DNA of 61,359 bases, counting the filler, from Circinaria calcarea (lineage: Eukaryota): NCBI GenBank assembly GCA_051942165.1. It is 15 parts of 15 records of this genome, joined end to end, with 100 filler letters (N's around TTAATTAATTAA, not from the genome) between each part and the next. Parts side by side here need not be neighbours in the genome. Positions count along the whole stretch, not along the records: positions 45,118 to 49,108 come from JAVECS010002516.1; positions 49,209 to 53,195 come from JAVECS010002517.1; positions 53,296 to 57,279 come from JAVECS010002518.1; positions 57,380 to 61,359 come from JAVECS010002519.1; 11 more parts are not named here. The stretch is one strand, 5' to 3'. The position numbers and the translations under genes were made by a program. Positions 45,704 to 57,991 of the stretch are shown in pieces; the stretch's first letter is position 1, and the number at the start of each line of letters is the position of its first letter. The notes under the pieces are model-generated. The model had not been told where the DNA came from and made no database searches. It saw only the letters and a list, made by a program, of their open reading frames with translations.

Positions 45704-47479
45704 CTACTCCTCGGCTTTATCCTCTATACTAGCCTTTTCCAAATCTTGAGCTACATCCGCTTCGGCGTCTTTTTCTTGCGCCAGCTCTGCTGAAGCAGAT
45801 ACGTTGCCGTCCGTGGATTGGTTCGCTGAAGCAGGTTTCTTGGCGGAATCGTGGGTTCTTCGGGTGTTGAATGAGGGGGCCGGGGTGGAATTGGATTGTT
45901 CGGTTGCTTCGGCTTCTAGGCGGTCGATTTCGGCTTGGGCTTTTGCAATATTCTAATAAAATATTTAGTATAGTTGAAGGTACAATAGACAGAGATCAGA
46001 ATACTCCTTACCTCCTTTGTCTTCTTAGCCTGATCACCCTTCCAAAACTCTAGCTTCTCCCTCAATTTCTCCACCACTGCACTAACATCTCCTTGATTCA
46101 TCGGTGGTTCGACATTGACCTTGGCCAATTCCGTAATGACTCCCATGCTCAGATTGAACTTGCCCTCCGTTGGAGTGGACGGCACAGGTGACGCAGTCCC
46201 ATTTTGACCAGCCTGTTTCCGCCCTTTCTTTCCCTTCTTCCCACCAGTACCCATAAAGTACGTCTCATCTCGGTCGTCTTTTTTCGAAACCTTTGTCCCT
46301 TTGATATCCGAGTCGTCAATTGTACGCTGTGGTTCAGCGGCCATACCACTAGGTCCTCGTAAAGACCTAGTCGCAGCAGGAGCAGAAGGGTCAAAGTGAC
46401 GGATCAAGTTCTCAGCGGTAATGATCTCATCACTATACGCAAGCTGGCTGGCTTCTTCAAGCTTTAGGTCCGCAATTCTCCGACGCTTCTCTTTGGCATA
46501 CGCATCTCGTTCGGCTTTCTGACGCTCTTGCTTTTGCCTCCATGCCTCCTGCTCATAATCTCGATAGGCAACACGGGCCTTGTAGAAGGCGTCTCTGATA
46601 TCTCGTACAGCAGCGTACTTTTCTTGCTGTTCCGCATGCAGTTTGGTCCGTTCGTCGCGCAAGGAACTAAGAGATTTGTAGGCCGACTCTTGTTCCGCTT
46701 TGATGGCTTCGAGTTCTTGCGTTATAGCAGTGTACTTGTCGCTGAGAGCTTTCGCTTCGGGGTTATCAAGAGTTTTGCGGAGTTCGGTGATTTGCGCTTT
46801 GACATCCTCGATGCCTTTTTGTGCTTCTTCGAAACCGGCAAATCCTTTTCGTTGTTTGCGGAGGCTTGAGATTTCGGCAAGTGCTTTCTTCTCATCAACA
46901 AGTTTCATGGTACCGGCGTCGACTTGTTTTTCAAGGCGTTGGATTTCGCGGTCCACTTCCTCGACATTTTTGAAGGAAACCCGGGCACGAGCGGTTTTTT
47001 GTTCGGCGATACGAGACTTTAGTTGAGCGTCCAATGACGAGATTTTATCCTGGATATTACCTCGTGACGATTTGAAGCCGGATTGCTGTTGCCGAATGGA
47101 CGATAGTTGGGATCGAAGTTCTTGCTGCTTTTTCGCGGTAGGAGATTCTTTGTCATGCGGTTTTGCCAGATCCAGCTTTGCCCTAACAGCATTCTATATA
47201 AGTCGTCAGTACGCTATCATGAATCATGTATATATATGCGCCGTTGGGAACGAAGAGGTTTGGGAGCATATATAAGTTGCTAAATGTAGCAAGCCGAAGC
47301 AAACGTACTAATTTCTCCTGCACCACGGCATGTTCCTTTTCCGCATTGCTCAAGTCGGCTTTGTACTTTTCCTCATCCGGTTTCTCTGGTCTTGATTTGG
47401 GAGCTTGTTTGTCAACAGTATCTGGAGCAGTCTTTCCATTCGGTGGGTTGACCGACGGGGCCATTGTAACGTCAGCCAT
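45704..47479 (-). CDS. BFR1: Nuclear segregation/mRNP protein Bfr1
   Basis: RPEKPDEEKYK; FKNVEEVDREI..LEKQVDAGTMKLVDEKKALAEISSLRKQRK; GTGGKKGKK; two introns; stop 45706-45704. Confidence 0.88.
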
Positions 47480-47797
47480 GTTGTTCAAACTGACACCAGT
47501 TCAATCGAGAGAATACAGGTTAAGTAGACACGTATAATAAGATATAGAGGAGGACCGGCTTCGTTATATACCAACCATTGAACAGGCGGCCATGTAGTCC
47601 AAGCTGTTTCGATTCGAGCTGTCGGAATTGTGGTAAATTTCGGAGGAATTTTGACATCAACGCTCGGACCCGCCAAAATTGAAATCCATCCCTCTGGAAA
47701 TGACTGTTCATCCATTGTCTTAACTCACCAACACTTTACATACCGCACTTTACCTCCTTCTTCAATACTGTCCACGACTTGGTTCAACTTCAATAAG

Positions 47798-48664
47798 ATG
47801 TCGTCTTCCAACGGAGAAATAGTCAGAGGATCTGCAGAGGCCGAACGAGAGCTGGTCAGACTATGGCGGGCATGGCGAACGGCAAAGGAAATGTGCTCGG
47901 ACAGGGTAATGCGCCTGGCAATATACAGCCTCAGAAAGATGTTCATCATACTGAAAGACTTTACTCGCAGGGCTACGAACTGGCAGAAGACGAAATCCAC
48001 ATATCTCTCGACGACTTTCGCGCCAACTACACCGACCCTACTGGGGCCCCAGAGTAAGGCCCTATTCTCAAACACCTTCCCCCCCCCCTTCTTTCACTAC
48101 TCCTTTCAAGTACCCCACTGATAAATACCGAACAATTGCAGTCGCCGCAAAATGACGTTTCAAGCCAAACCCACCGAAGCAATGATCACCAAATATTCCG
48201 TCCCCTCGTCCGCCGCCCACCCTAACCCCCAACCCTCCATCGGCACCATCTGGGTCGAATTCTCCACCGACAGTGCCATCGGCATCAAACAAATGCGTGC
48301 CTTCGCCCAACACATCTCCACCAACAATTTCCACACGGGAATCCTCATCACCCAAGCCACCATCACCCCCGCCGCCCTCAAAATCGTCCCCGTTGTGCTG
48401 CCTAGTATCATCGAGACATTCCAGGAAGTGGATCTCCTGGTGAATATCACGAGGCATGAGCTCGTACCGAAACATGTGCTGTTGAGTGTGGAGGAGAAGA
48501 AGAGGTTGCTGGAGCGGTATCGGTTAAAGGAGAGTCAGTTGCCGAGGATTCAAACGGGGGATCCGGTGGCCAAGTATCTGGGGTTGAGGAGAGGGCAGGT
48601 GGTAAAGATAATCAGGAGGAGTGAGACGGCGGGGAGGTATGCGAGTTATCGATGGGCGATATGA
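47798..48664 (+). CDS. RPB5: RNA polymerase I/II/III common subunit Rpb5
   Basis: [75 protein letters not shown]. Confidence 0.98.
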
Positions 48665-49408
48665 TCAAAGGGAGCGGAGGGATTTCTTCTAGGTCAAGAG
48701 ACCAATCTTCCATTCCTCGTGGCCTATTCCTTTCCTTGGCATGCGAGCAGCAGTGAAACTACTGGAGTCAACGGCGTCCTCCATACCCAATTCAGCATGT
48801 CATTTCGGTACCCCTTGTTTGCAAACAAGCAAAACCAAAGCGGGTAAAATAAAAAATAAAAGAAAAGAAAAGCTAGGCGGGTACGTCCCGGATGCCGACA
48901 ACACACCAACCATGTCCAATTAGACTAGACACCTACTCGCTAGCTAGATAAAACCCATCAATGTCCACACCACCACCGAAGAAAAAAAAGACGAAAGCCA
49001 CTACCATAATCGAGTATCTCAGTGACAAAATCGTCGTATCCTCTTCTCCTAGTACGCAGTACCTCTTCTCAAGTTTCCCTTCCCCTCCCTTCCCTTCCCC
49101 CCCCCTTGNNNNNNNNNNNNNNNNNNNNNNNNNNNNNNNNNNNNNNNNNNNNTTAATTAATTAANNNNNNNNNNNNNNNNNNNNNNNNNNNNNNNNNNNN
49201 NNNNNNNNGCGTGTCATTACTATTAAGGTTTCTAGCCGCCGCCGTATCCAGGTGGGACATGACGCTCTGTATACAACAATGCATGTGCTCTCGGGATCAC
49301 AAGACCGTGTGAACAGGCAGCTCTAACTCAAACTGTTTGCAATGGTAAGCAGCGTATTATCACTATTGTCATGTAACAAACTCTCACACAGAGATAGCTG
49401 AGTTCGAC

Positions 49409-50842
49409 ATGGACCGAATTTCCAAAGCCTTCAGGCGGCGTCGAGGATCTCAGTCATATGAACCATTACAAGATGGGAGCATATCTAGTGATGAGACTCT
49501 TCTTGGAGGCCCATCAAAGACGCGCTTCTCATGGCTTGAATACTCCATATTCCTGCTTCTTGGCATCTCCATGCTATGGGCCTGGTAACTCACGCCTTCC
49601 ACCTTGACCTTATCCTGATCTGCTAGGTTCTCGTCCAGCATTGCTAACATATTCGTTTTCCACTCCAGGAATATGTTTCTCGCCGCCGCTCCGTACTTTC
49701 AATCGCGCTTCTCCTCCTCGCCCTGGATCTTGACTCACTTCCAGTCGGGCATACTCTCTGTCTCCACTGTCACGAACTTGGGCTCCATGCTCCTCCTCAC
49801 CAAACTCCAAAAAAACGCCTCGTACCCTAAACGCATTGTCGCGTCCCTAACACTCAACATCATCTGCTTCACCCTCCTCGCCCTCTCCACCGCACTCTTC
49901 AGACATGTGTCCGCAGATGGCTACTTTGCATTCTTGATGGTTATGGTCTTTACAGCTAGTCTGGCTACAGGACTCTGCCAAAACGGCGTTTTCGCATTTG
50001 TTACAGGTTTTGGGGTAAGGGAATACACTCAGGCGATCATGACAGGGCAGGCTGTCGCAGGTGTCCTACCTTGTCTCACACAGATCGTTTCGGTGCTCTC
50101 AGTGTCCAGTCAAGATGATGAGGAGGGAGCAGGCCAAGAAAGCCCCAAATCAGCATCTGCATACTTTTTAACCGCAACAGCAGTCTCTGCGCTGGCGTTG
50201 GTCGCTTTCATGTACCTCGCACGGCAACATAGGGGCAACAGTGCCGCCAAACGAGCACTGGAAAGCGTTGAGGGAGTCGAAGAGGAAGAGCAGGCTGAGC
50301 GCAAGGTTGTGGGCATGTTGACACTGTTCAAGAAGCTTAGATGGCTTGCGCTGGGCGTGTTCTTCTGTTTTGCTGTGACGATGGTGTTTCCTGTGTTTAC
50401 GCAGGAAATTCTAAGCGTGCGGTCCCCAGAGACGTCTTCAAGACTCTTCCAACCAGCGTCCTTCATTCCCCTCGCACTTCTATTCTGGAACACCGGCGAT
50501 TTAGCAGGTAGGCTGGCAACATTAATCCCGAATCTTGCCCTAGTTCACTATCCTCGGACTGTGTTTCTGATCTCTATACTGCGGATTGCTTTCATTCCCT
50601 TATATCTTTTGTGCAACATTCGTGGACGCGGCGCCATCATAGCAAGTGACTTCTTTTACCTTTTCGTTGTACAGTTTCTTTTTGGTATCACGAACGGTTA
50701 TCTGGGATCTACATGTATGATTGGCGCATCAGAGTGGGTCGAGATCGAGGAAAGGGAAGCTGCGGGTGGGTTTATGGTGTTGATGCTAGTGGGAGGATTG
50801 ACAGTAGGGAGTTTACTGAGCTTTCTCGCTGCGATGGCATAG
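49409..50842 (+). CDS. FUN26: Equilibrative nucleoside transporter (ENT/Fun26-like)
   Basis: FLLLGISMLWAW, intron, NMFLAAAPYF; YTQAIMTGQAVAG; WNTGDLAGR; FGITNGY; multiple TM segments. Confidence 0.9.
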
Positions 50843-51302
50843 AGAGATCTGCCTCGATTTTACATTGGTAAGGAGTTTTGATGGAGATATTCACATGGAG
50901 CGTTCAGTGTCCGAAGGGATGTCTTCTTGAGTCCAGCGTTGGCGCGAGGTTTAACCACTCAAACGATTTGGCCAAAGAACTTTAGTTGGACTGGATTAAT
51001 TGAGACTGAAGGTCAGCCCAGTTAACCCCAACCCTACTCAAGGATCCGAAATCGAACATTACTATATCTGAATTTCACACACTGTCATATAGACTCCAAG
51101 CAGAACCGCGGCATTATTACTGGTTGGTGTGTATCCGCCACATTGAGCAACTGCCACGTAGCCTTCGAGATACGACTGCTTCCAAGCACCTCATGCACGT
51201 AGAACAGTATCAAATCATCAGGCTGTTCTACAAATTGATGACTATGACGTCTCCCACTTCACAAGAATCACGCTTCTCGCATATCTGCTCTTGCTTCTGG
51301 TC

Positions 51303-52338
51303 TCAATGACTAAATCCCTGTTTTATCCTCTCCTGCCAAAGCTCAGTCTCCGGATTCCTCTCAATTCTTGCCATCATTTCGACCGCCTGCTTCGCCGCTG
51401 CTTTTGTTTCAAATTCTAACTCCTTGAGACCCTGTACCCACGCGAATCGGCTCTTCCAAAAGTTCCACCGTTCGCGGCAAAACCCATTTTTCCCTTTCCA
51501 CAAACCCTCACCGAAACCCTGGTCTTCCCCGGTGCCTTGTGAGGCCCTCCATTCGTCTTGGGAATGAAAGATCATGCGGCCTGCGTGGAAAATCCACTGG
51601 GCGGCGGCCGGGACGAGGCAATTCAAGCGACCAACCGTTCGACGATACATGACGAGCTCTCGATCACGTTCGCGAATATCTTCCAGTGGCGGTGACCGGT
51701 TCCATGGCTCGTCTTCGAGGGCCTTGTGCAAGGAGAGGATTGCTATGTACTTCAGGTCGCAGATGCTGTCGGCCACGAGACGGGCGGCGAAGGCGTTATG
51801 GTTGAGCCATTCGTATTCTTGCTGCGGTTGGTCGGGGTGAGTGGGCGGAAGATCCTCGTCTGCCCAGAAAATCAACGTTTTTGAAACAGGCCCGATGCGA
51901 GCATATTTGAAAAACACAGCAGGTTCCTCAAGGGGGCATGTCGAACGGAGAGAAAAACCTACAGTACTCATCCCGCATCAAATCCGCAAACATGGGCAGG
52001 TCCCTCCACAACCTCGTACGCCCACGATCCCCCGCAACCTCGACGATTTCGCCCCGGCGCACAAAGTCCGGCAGGCCCCCGATAGCCGCGAGCAGCTGCA
52101 CGAGCTTATCCTGCGAGCCGGGGATCTCCTTGGCAGCGTCGATCAGGAGCTCCCAGAGCTCGCCCACGTGGACCTGAATGCTCTTTTCATCCGGGAGCGT
52201 CTGGATGGTTGTGGTGACGCGTCTGGCGGCTTCGTCGCTGGAAATCCGGCCGTTGAAAAAGTCTTGGAGGGCTCGCCGTGCTTGGGGGCCCGGGCGGTAC
52301 TTTTGGGAAGCAATGAGGTCGAACCAGGCTTCAACCAT
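51303..52338 (-). CDS. DUF3632-like fungal protein
   Basis: QDKLVQLLAAI..LWRDLPMF, intron 51962-51860, WLNHNAFAARL, AAAQWIFHAG and GFCRERWNFWKSRF. Confidence 0.75.
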
Positions 52339-53041
52339 TGTGGGGAGGCGGAAGGTTAGGGTTGGACGTTGCAGACGTTTATCAAAGGAGACGGTATATC
52401 AGAAAATTGGGTTCAAAGATCTGCAATATTTTCTTTTTTTTTGGCGTGTGAAGAGGATCTCATCCGTGTTGCCTCGGTTATTTGTATCATGTCTGTTTTG
52501 GACTCTTCCGCATGCGGGGGCATTCCTCACTTCCTGCCTGCGCGCGGAGGCAAGAAAAAACCGGACCCCCTTTTGTATTCTCAGCATTCCATCCAGCCTC
52601 CGCCCCCTGGAACAAACGCACATTCCTGTATTACCGAGGATTTGTACCACCTTCACTGGAACCCCTGTGTCGCCTCTTGCCAAAGAGCCTCCTATCTATT
52701 CGCATACAAAGCCCAATATCTCCCACACCATACCTACCCCAATCCTATGAATCAATTCTCCCCTTGCGTCAATACGCTTTTTCTATCCAATCACCCCATC
52801 CATCCTGGGGATCCAACACGTCCCCTCAAACCACAAGAGGGCTCCGAGCACTGTCGTCTTTCCGCTCGGCTACCAAAATCCAATGGGCTCAGGGCCAGCA
52901 GGGACTTTTTTCCCCTTTCTTCCTCTGCTCTCAGTTAAGAGTTAGGAAGGAAGAAAGTAGGTTTGGAAAACACAACCCGTTCTCGATGTTACGGAACACG
53001 ATAGCATTTGCGATTTTTGCCTTTTGATGTTCTCTGTTTAT

Positions 53042-53070
53042 GAAAACGAAAACGAAAACGAAAACGAAAA
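53042..53070 (+). repeat. (GAAAAC)n hexanucleotide microsatellite
   Basis: About 5 tandem copies. Confidence 0.9.
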
Positions 53071-53295
53071 TGGGAAACCCAGTCGGAATATCAACCTCCA
53101 GAGCGAGCGGGCGGAAGGGGGAGGGGTGGTTCAAATCTATCCCCATATTTCCCTTTCCCTTCCCCTCGTTCTCTCCCCTCAAGTATCTATCTAGCNNNNN
53201 NNNNNNNNNNNNNNNNNNNNNNNNNNNNNNNNNNNNNNNTTAATTAATTAANNNNNNNNNNNNNNNNNNNNNNNNNNNNNNNNNNNNNNNNNNNN

Positions 53296-54308
53296 GGAAT
53301 TGATGTAGCCTTGTATAGATCTCGATGCTGACTGACAACGATCCGCAAACTCTTTGAGTAACTCGTTGCCGTGTACTTCGGCTTGTGGAGTTGTTTGTAC
53401 AACTTGGAGAAGGAGTTTGGCCGATGTCTTGGCCTCTTCAATGCGCGATGCTAGCTCATGCGGCGGTGGCAATCCACGTGCTGGTCGGTGATCACGAGAA
53501 AAGTAGTTTTGTTGTTGATTATATTGCTGATTGGGATTATAAGGGGGTGCGATAAGAGGCCTTGGTGGTGGAAGTACCTGAAACTTTATCAGGAACCCGA
53601 ACGGTAGTGATTGAAGGTTGTGGACTTACAGCGGTGCCTTTCTTGACATACTTTGCTTTCTCGTTTGCCCACATCGTCATTAGAGGTTTCAAAGTATCGT
53701 CTCCCGCTTTCTGAGTCTCAAATGTATCTAATGTTTCTCGCAGTATCTGCTGAACGCTCATGTCTCTGCCATCCCGTAATAACTCCTTTGTAGTGATGAC
53801 GAACTTGGAATCGAGGTTTTGTGTGAAGGATCTTCCTGGATTGTCCGCCAATATTCGTACCAGCATAATGGCATTGTACTGCACGTAGGCTCGTTGGAAA
53901 TTGTCCTTGGAAAGGAACTTCCGTATGACATTGGCGGCTTCCTTCGCAGCGGCTGGGCTCGATTCGGCAGATTCGACTATGACTGGCAGATGTAGGACCT
54001 CTTCGCCCTAAGTGTAGGAAGTAAGCTGCTGCTACTCGATAACATCCAGATCCGTACCGAATTATTCGGACCGCCAGATTCGCAGAATAGACGCTGAATG
54101 CGTTTGTCAGCGTCGAAGAACGTTTCTTATGTACATCTAATGCTAACCACTCCGCGTGAGGCATTGGCCTCTGGGGAGTCCAAATTTGCATTTGTGGTCT
54201 CAGTTGAATCTATGCTGGCTGTCAGCAAAGTCCCAAAAACATTGTATCCACTTTTTGCCGGGGCCCCGCACCTCCCCGTTTCGCCAATAGGCTCTTGAAG
54301 CGCTTCAT
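53296..54308 (-). CDS. VHS-like/GAT domain trafficking adaptor (Lsb5/Tom1-like), 3' truncated
   Basis: ATG 54308 (MKRFKSLLAKR); RLFCESGGPNN, GEEVLHLPVIVESAESSP, QYNAIMLVRILADNPG; GAT LPPPHELASRIEEAKTSAKLL..EFADRCQSASRSIQGYI. Confidence 0.8.
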
Positions 54309-55175
54309 CGTGAAGCGGGAAGCTTAAGTCCGCCAGTAAACTCGATCAAACGCACGCACGCCAGCTGTCAAATATCAACCGCAACGTTCGGGCAGATTTC
54401 CGGGCAGATTTCAAGGCAGCCTTGCAAGAGCGGCGTTGGAAATATAGCAGCTCTTGACAGCTACTCAAACTTGGCTGTGACTTAATGCACTTCGAAATCA
54501 CTGCTTAGCACATACGATTATAGGATAATGAGCAGTAAGTAACTGCTTACGTCTTCCATCGCATCGGATCTCAGTACTTCAAGTTTAAGCCGCGTCATTT
54601 TTAGATATGCTTACCGTAGCTTGCCAGATTTCGGAAAGCGGCGGGTTAACTAAGATTTCCGACACAACGGCCCGGGCAGCTTCCGGCCGGGTATAATGGC
54701 TTCATGATGGCAGAATCATGACCATTACCATAGAGCTTCACCCTCAATAAGTCTGTTGGTTAGGGTCAACCTCATCCCGAGGCTGACGGAAAAGTTCATG
54801 TAGGTGATGTGTTGATGAGTGAGTTGAGCTATGCTATCAAGATACGGGCTTTCCTATAAAAGACTTCCTCAACTCGCAGCCTGGGATCCTAACCACCCAT
54901 GAACTTGAAATCTCAATTGCACGCTACTATTGATAATCTCATCGAAGTCTCATTCCTGTCTCAGTTAATCTAGCTGTTTTCGCAAAAGACACTGTAACAA
55001 TTTGCCGTTTACTTTTCACTTCATATGCGCTTCACCACCTCTTCTTCACATAAGTTACACATCGCCATGGCAGCTCCCTACCCCTTCACCCATATCTATG
55101 TGACTCCTAGGAGGTATAAAACATCTTGCAACTCCCATTCCTACACTATACCATCAACATCATCCTCACAACAAT

Positions 55176-56333
55176 ATGGATTGCCAACCCCCCAAACCCA
55201 TCATCTCACTCCTCAAAAGCACAACCGAACCTCCTGATTTCCCCGTGCTGCACCCGTCCATCTCTCTCCTCGCCTATGGTATCTTTCCGGCCTATCCGCA
55301 ACTCTCCATTCCCTCCTTCAACATCTCCACCTTCCCTTTCATCCTCCGCGCGGCGCAAGTCCTCGACCCCACCCATACCGCCGCTAACACCCTCCTCGAT
55401 ATCCACAATCTCCTCGCCGGGAAATGGGACGTAGAAGCCAGCTACGGCTTCTGCGATATTATCGGCCTCGCCACGCCTGTCCTACGAGACAGGGGAAACA
55501 CGGCGACTAAGATACTAGTGTCAACGCCTTGTTCTACCAGCATCATCAGCAGCACAGAAGGTTTCGTGGTATTCTATCTCCGGCTGTTGGAGTACATCAC
55601 CCAGCGCGAAGAGCAAGGAATGAACGTCTCAATGCAGACCAAGGGCATACTCCAATCCTACGAATCCCTCGTCAAACGCTTTCCGGAATGGGAATCCGAG
55701 GCCTTAGCCAATGATCCCAAACGTCCTCACGATCTAGCGTTTTTGGAGGCAGTGCATGACTGTTGGAATAGCTGTGAGTTTTATTTCCTGAACCTGGCCG
55801 AAAGAGACTGTCTCCCCGGAACCCACCCATTCCGATACTCCGACCTCATGGTCACTCACATCAAACACGCCGTGAACTGGTGGGGTGACGCTTGGGAGAA
55901 CATCCGCAACGGAACGTGTCACCCTACTCCCGCTTCGACCCTTCCCTCTTCCTCTAAGCTTCAGACCTTACGCCTGCTAGAAGCAGAAGGCATGCACCTC
56001 TACTTCTCCTACCTACCCCGCATAGTAGCGGATTTGCGCTCAAAATGCTACCCGACGCATAATGAGAAACCGAATACCAACAGTAAAACGAACGACAGCG
56101 AGGTGTCAAGAGACATACAGGAAGCCAAGGAAGCAGATCTGGAAGACCTTGACGTAGACAACTACAGGGAGTGGGAAGCCCTAGTGCACGAAGCGTGGTT
56201 TACGATGATCTTCCGCGCCATGTGCTGGTGGAGGTTGCATCGGATTCAGCGGGGCAAGAGACAGGTTTCTGGAGCATGCGAAACTGGACAGGGAGAGGAC
56301 GGGGAGGGGGACGAGGCGTGGGAGTTCATTTAG
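55176..56333 (+). CDS. Uncharacterised 385-aa protein, possibly modin (Mod-A)-like C-terminal domain
   Basis: Long ORF; blocks FLEAVHDCW, YSDLMVTHI and EAWFTMIFRAMCWWRLH are recalled as similar to modin-family C-termini (from memory, unverified). Confidence 0.5.
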   Translation: MDCQPPKPIISLLKSTTEPPDFPVLHPSISLLAYGIFPAYPQLSIPSFNISTFPFILRAAQVLDPTHTAANTLLDIHNLLAGKWDVEASYGFCDIIGLATPVLRDRGNTATKILVSTPCSTSIISSTEGFVVFYLRLLEYITQREEQGMNVSMQTKGILQSYESLVKRFPEWESEALANDPKRPHDLAFLEAVHDCWNSCEFYFLNLAERDCLPGTHPFRYSDLMVTHIKHAVNWWGDAWENIRNGTCHPTPASTLPSSSKLQTLRLLEAEGMHLYFSYLPRIVADLRSKCYPTHNEKPNTNSKTNDSEVSRDIQEAKEADLEDLDVDNYREWEALVHEAWFTMIFRAMCWWRLHRIQRGKRQVSGACETGQGEDGEGDEAWEFI

Positions 56334-56513
56334 AATCATGAGTACGTTTGAAGCATGCTTTGCCACGATATGAAGTTTCTTTTGCCAGCATATAAAGTAT
56401 GCTTGCCACCATTTTGAAAGACGCAATGAGACTTTTTGTGAATCTTGTATTATTTCGTGCGTTACCTTATCTCCACTCGGATTACTCTTCCTCTACGATT
56501 CCATCAACCCCAT

Positions 56514-57279
56514 TCATAATGCCCTCCTACTCGCCTTCAACAAATCCTGCCACGCACTCTCAATCGCTCTCTTCATCTCCTTAAAGGTAACGATGATGCA
56601 AATCTGATCATCTCGACTCGTTAGGACAATCTTCTCCTCCACCCCCGCATCCAGTTTATTCAAGCATCCCAGCACATGGCCCAGATCCAATACCGGATTT
56701 CCCTGCGCATCCACTTGGTGGAATAAATAATCTCTAAACAATTTGATGGGGAACCGTTCGCCGGTCTCCGACCACTGGCGATCGAGGCTGTAGTCGGGAC
56801 GTTCGGTGATGAAGTTGAGTTTTGTCATGAGGCGAACGATCCGAGAGTTTTCAAGCTCGCGGTTCAGCTCACTGTTGAGTTGATCGTCGAGATGTAAGCT
56901 TGCGTCGAAGCTAGCCATAACTTGGGAGGCGAGACCGTTGATAAAGGTATCGATGTTTTCGGCTTTGTTTGAGGTGACCATGCCAAGAAGCCAGAAGACG
57001 CGGTCCTTGACTTGTGCGCTGTAGGATCGCGAAAATTGCTCCATGGCTTTGGGAATGTTGTGCACTACAGTCGGGCTGTTGGTGCCGACGGCTAGGATGA
57101 GCCGACCGAATTGTAGGAGGTCCTCTCGTTGAAGCTCCATGAGAGGACGGGGGGAGTCGTGCTGGACGACATCTAAGATTGCACACGCGTTGAGTCGTAT
57201 GCGGTTTTTGCTTGTGAGAAGGACCTTGCTAGGGTCGACCACTCTGGCAGCGAGCGCCAACGCATGAATGGCTTTGAGA
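56514..57279 (-). CDS. PAN3: PAN2-PAN3 deadenylase subunit Pan3, C-terminal part
   Basis: IHALALAARVVDPSKVLLTSKNRIRLN, QREDLLQFG, RELENSRIVRLMTKLNFITERP, WSETGERF and LNKLDAG. Confidence 0.96.
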
Positions 57280-57556
57280 NNNNNNNNNNNNNNNNNNNNN
57301 NNNNNNNNNNNNNNNNNNNNNNNTTAATTAATTAANNNNNNNNNNNNNNNNNNNNNNNNNNNNNNNNNNNNNNNNNNNNCTAGATCCCCTCGGACAGGAA
57401 TAACAATAACAAACTTCTTCTTCTTCCGAACTCTTCCTCTTGAAGCCGCCATCGCCCGAGATAAATAACGATCTCCATACTTGCTCTTCGCTTCGCTTCT
57501 TGTATTCATCCGTATATATACGGCCTTCCCCCCCCCATTATTGGGAGTTATCCACC

Positions 57557-57593
57557 CATACCGGCCATACCGGGACATACCGGACATACCGGG
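57557..57593 (+). repeat. Short tandem repeat (CATACCGG)x4 with 1-2 nt spacers
   Basis: cataccggc cataccggga cataccgga cataccggg, downstream of KAR2. Confidence 0.75.
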
Positions 57594-57991
57594 CTTTCAA
57601 ATCGGCCAGGCCAGGCCTGGTACAACCCTCAAGGGCGGTTGGTTGGGTTTTCTTAAATGAGAAGAAATCTGGATGTTGTCATTTTTGAATGCATTTGTCT
57701 TGATCAGTCAGTATACCTGATTAGAGGAGCAGCGGATAGGATACATGGTATTAAGCAATGGCATTGATAGTAAGCAGCTAAAGACTGCAAAAGCAAAACG
57801 AAAGAGATACCACCCACCTTGAACAATAATACCTCGATAAAGGAAAAGCCCTGGACACTAAAAGGAAACAATTCTCACTACGTATACCAGACAATGAAGG
57901 ATGAAACTTATATTTCTAGTTCCTAGGTACTGTACAGGTCTCTTCGATCTTTATCTCGCAGCTAGTATATTTCCTCACAAAACAATGCCAT

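Noticed and set aside
52178..53027. Several overlapping 180-190-aa plus-strand ORFs
   Set aside because: Overlap each other in different frames, low complexity, no family signal.
4055..57335. TTAATTAATTAA recurring every ~4.1 kb as a biological repeat or CRISPR-like array
   Set aside because: Always embedded in identical N runs; it is an assembly spacer.
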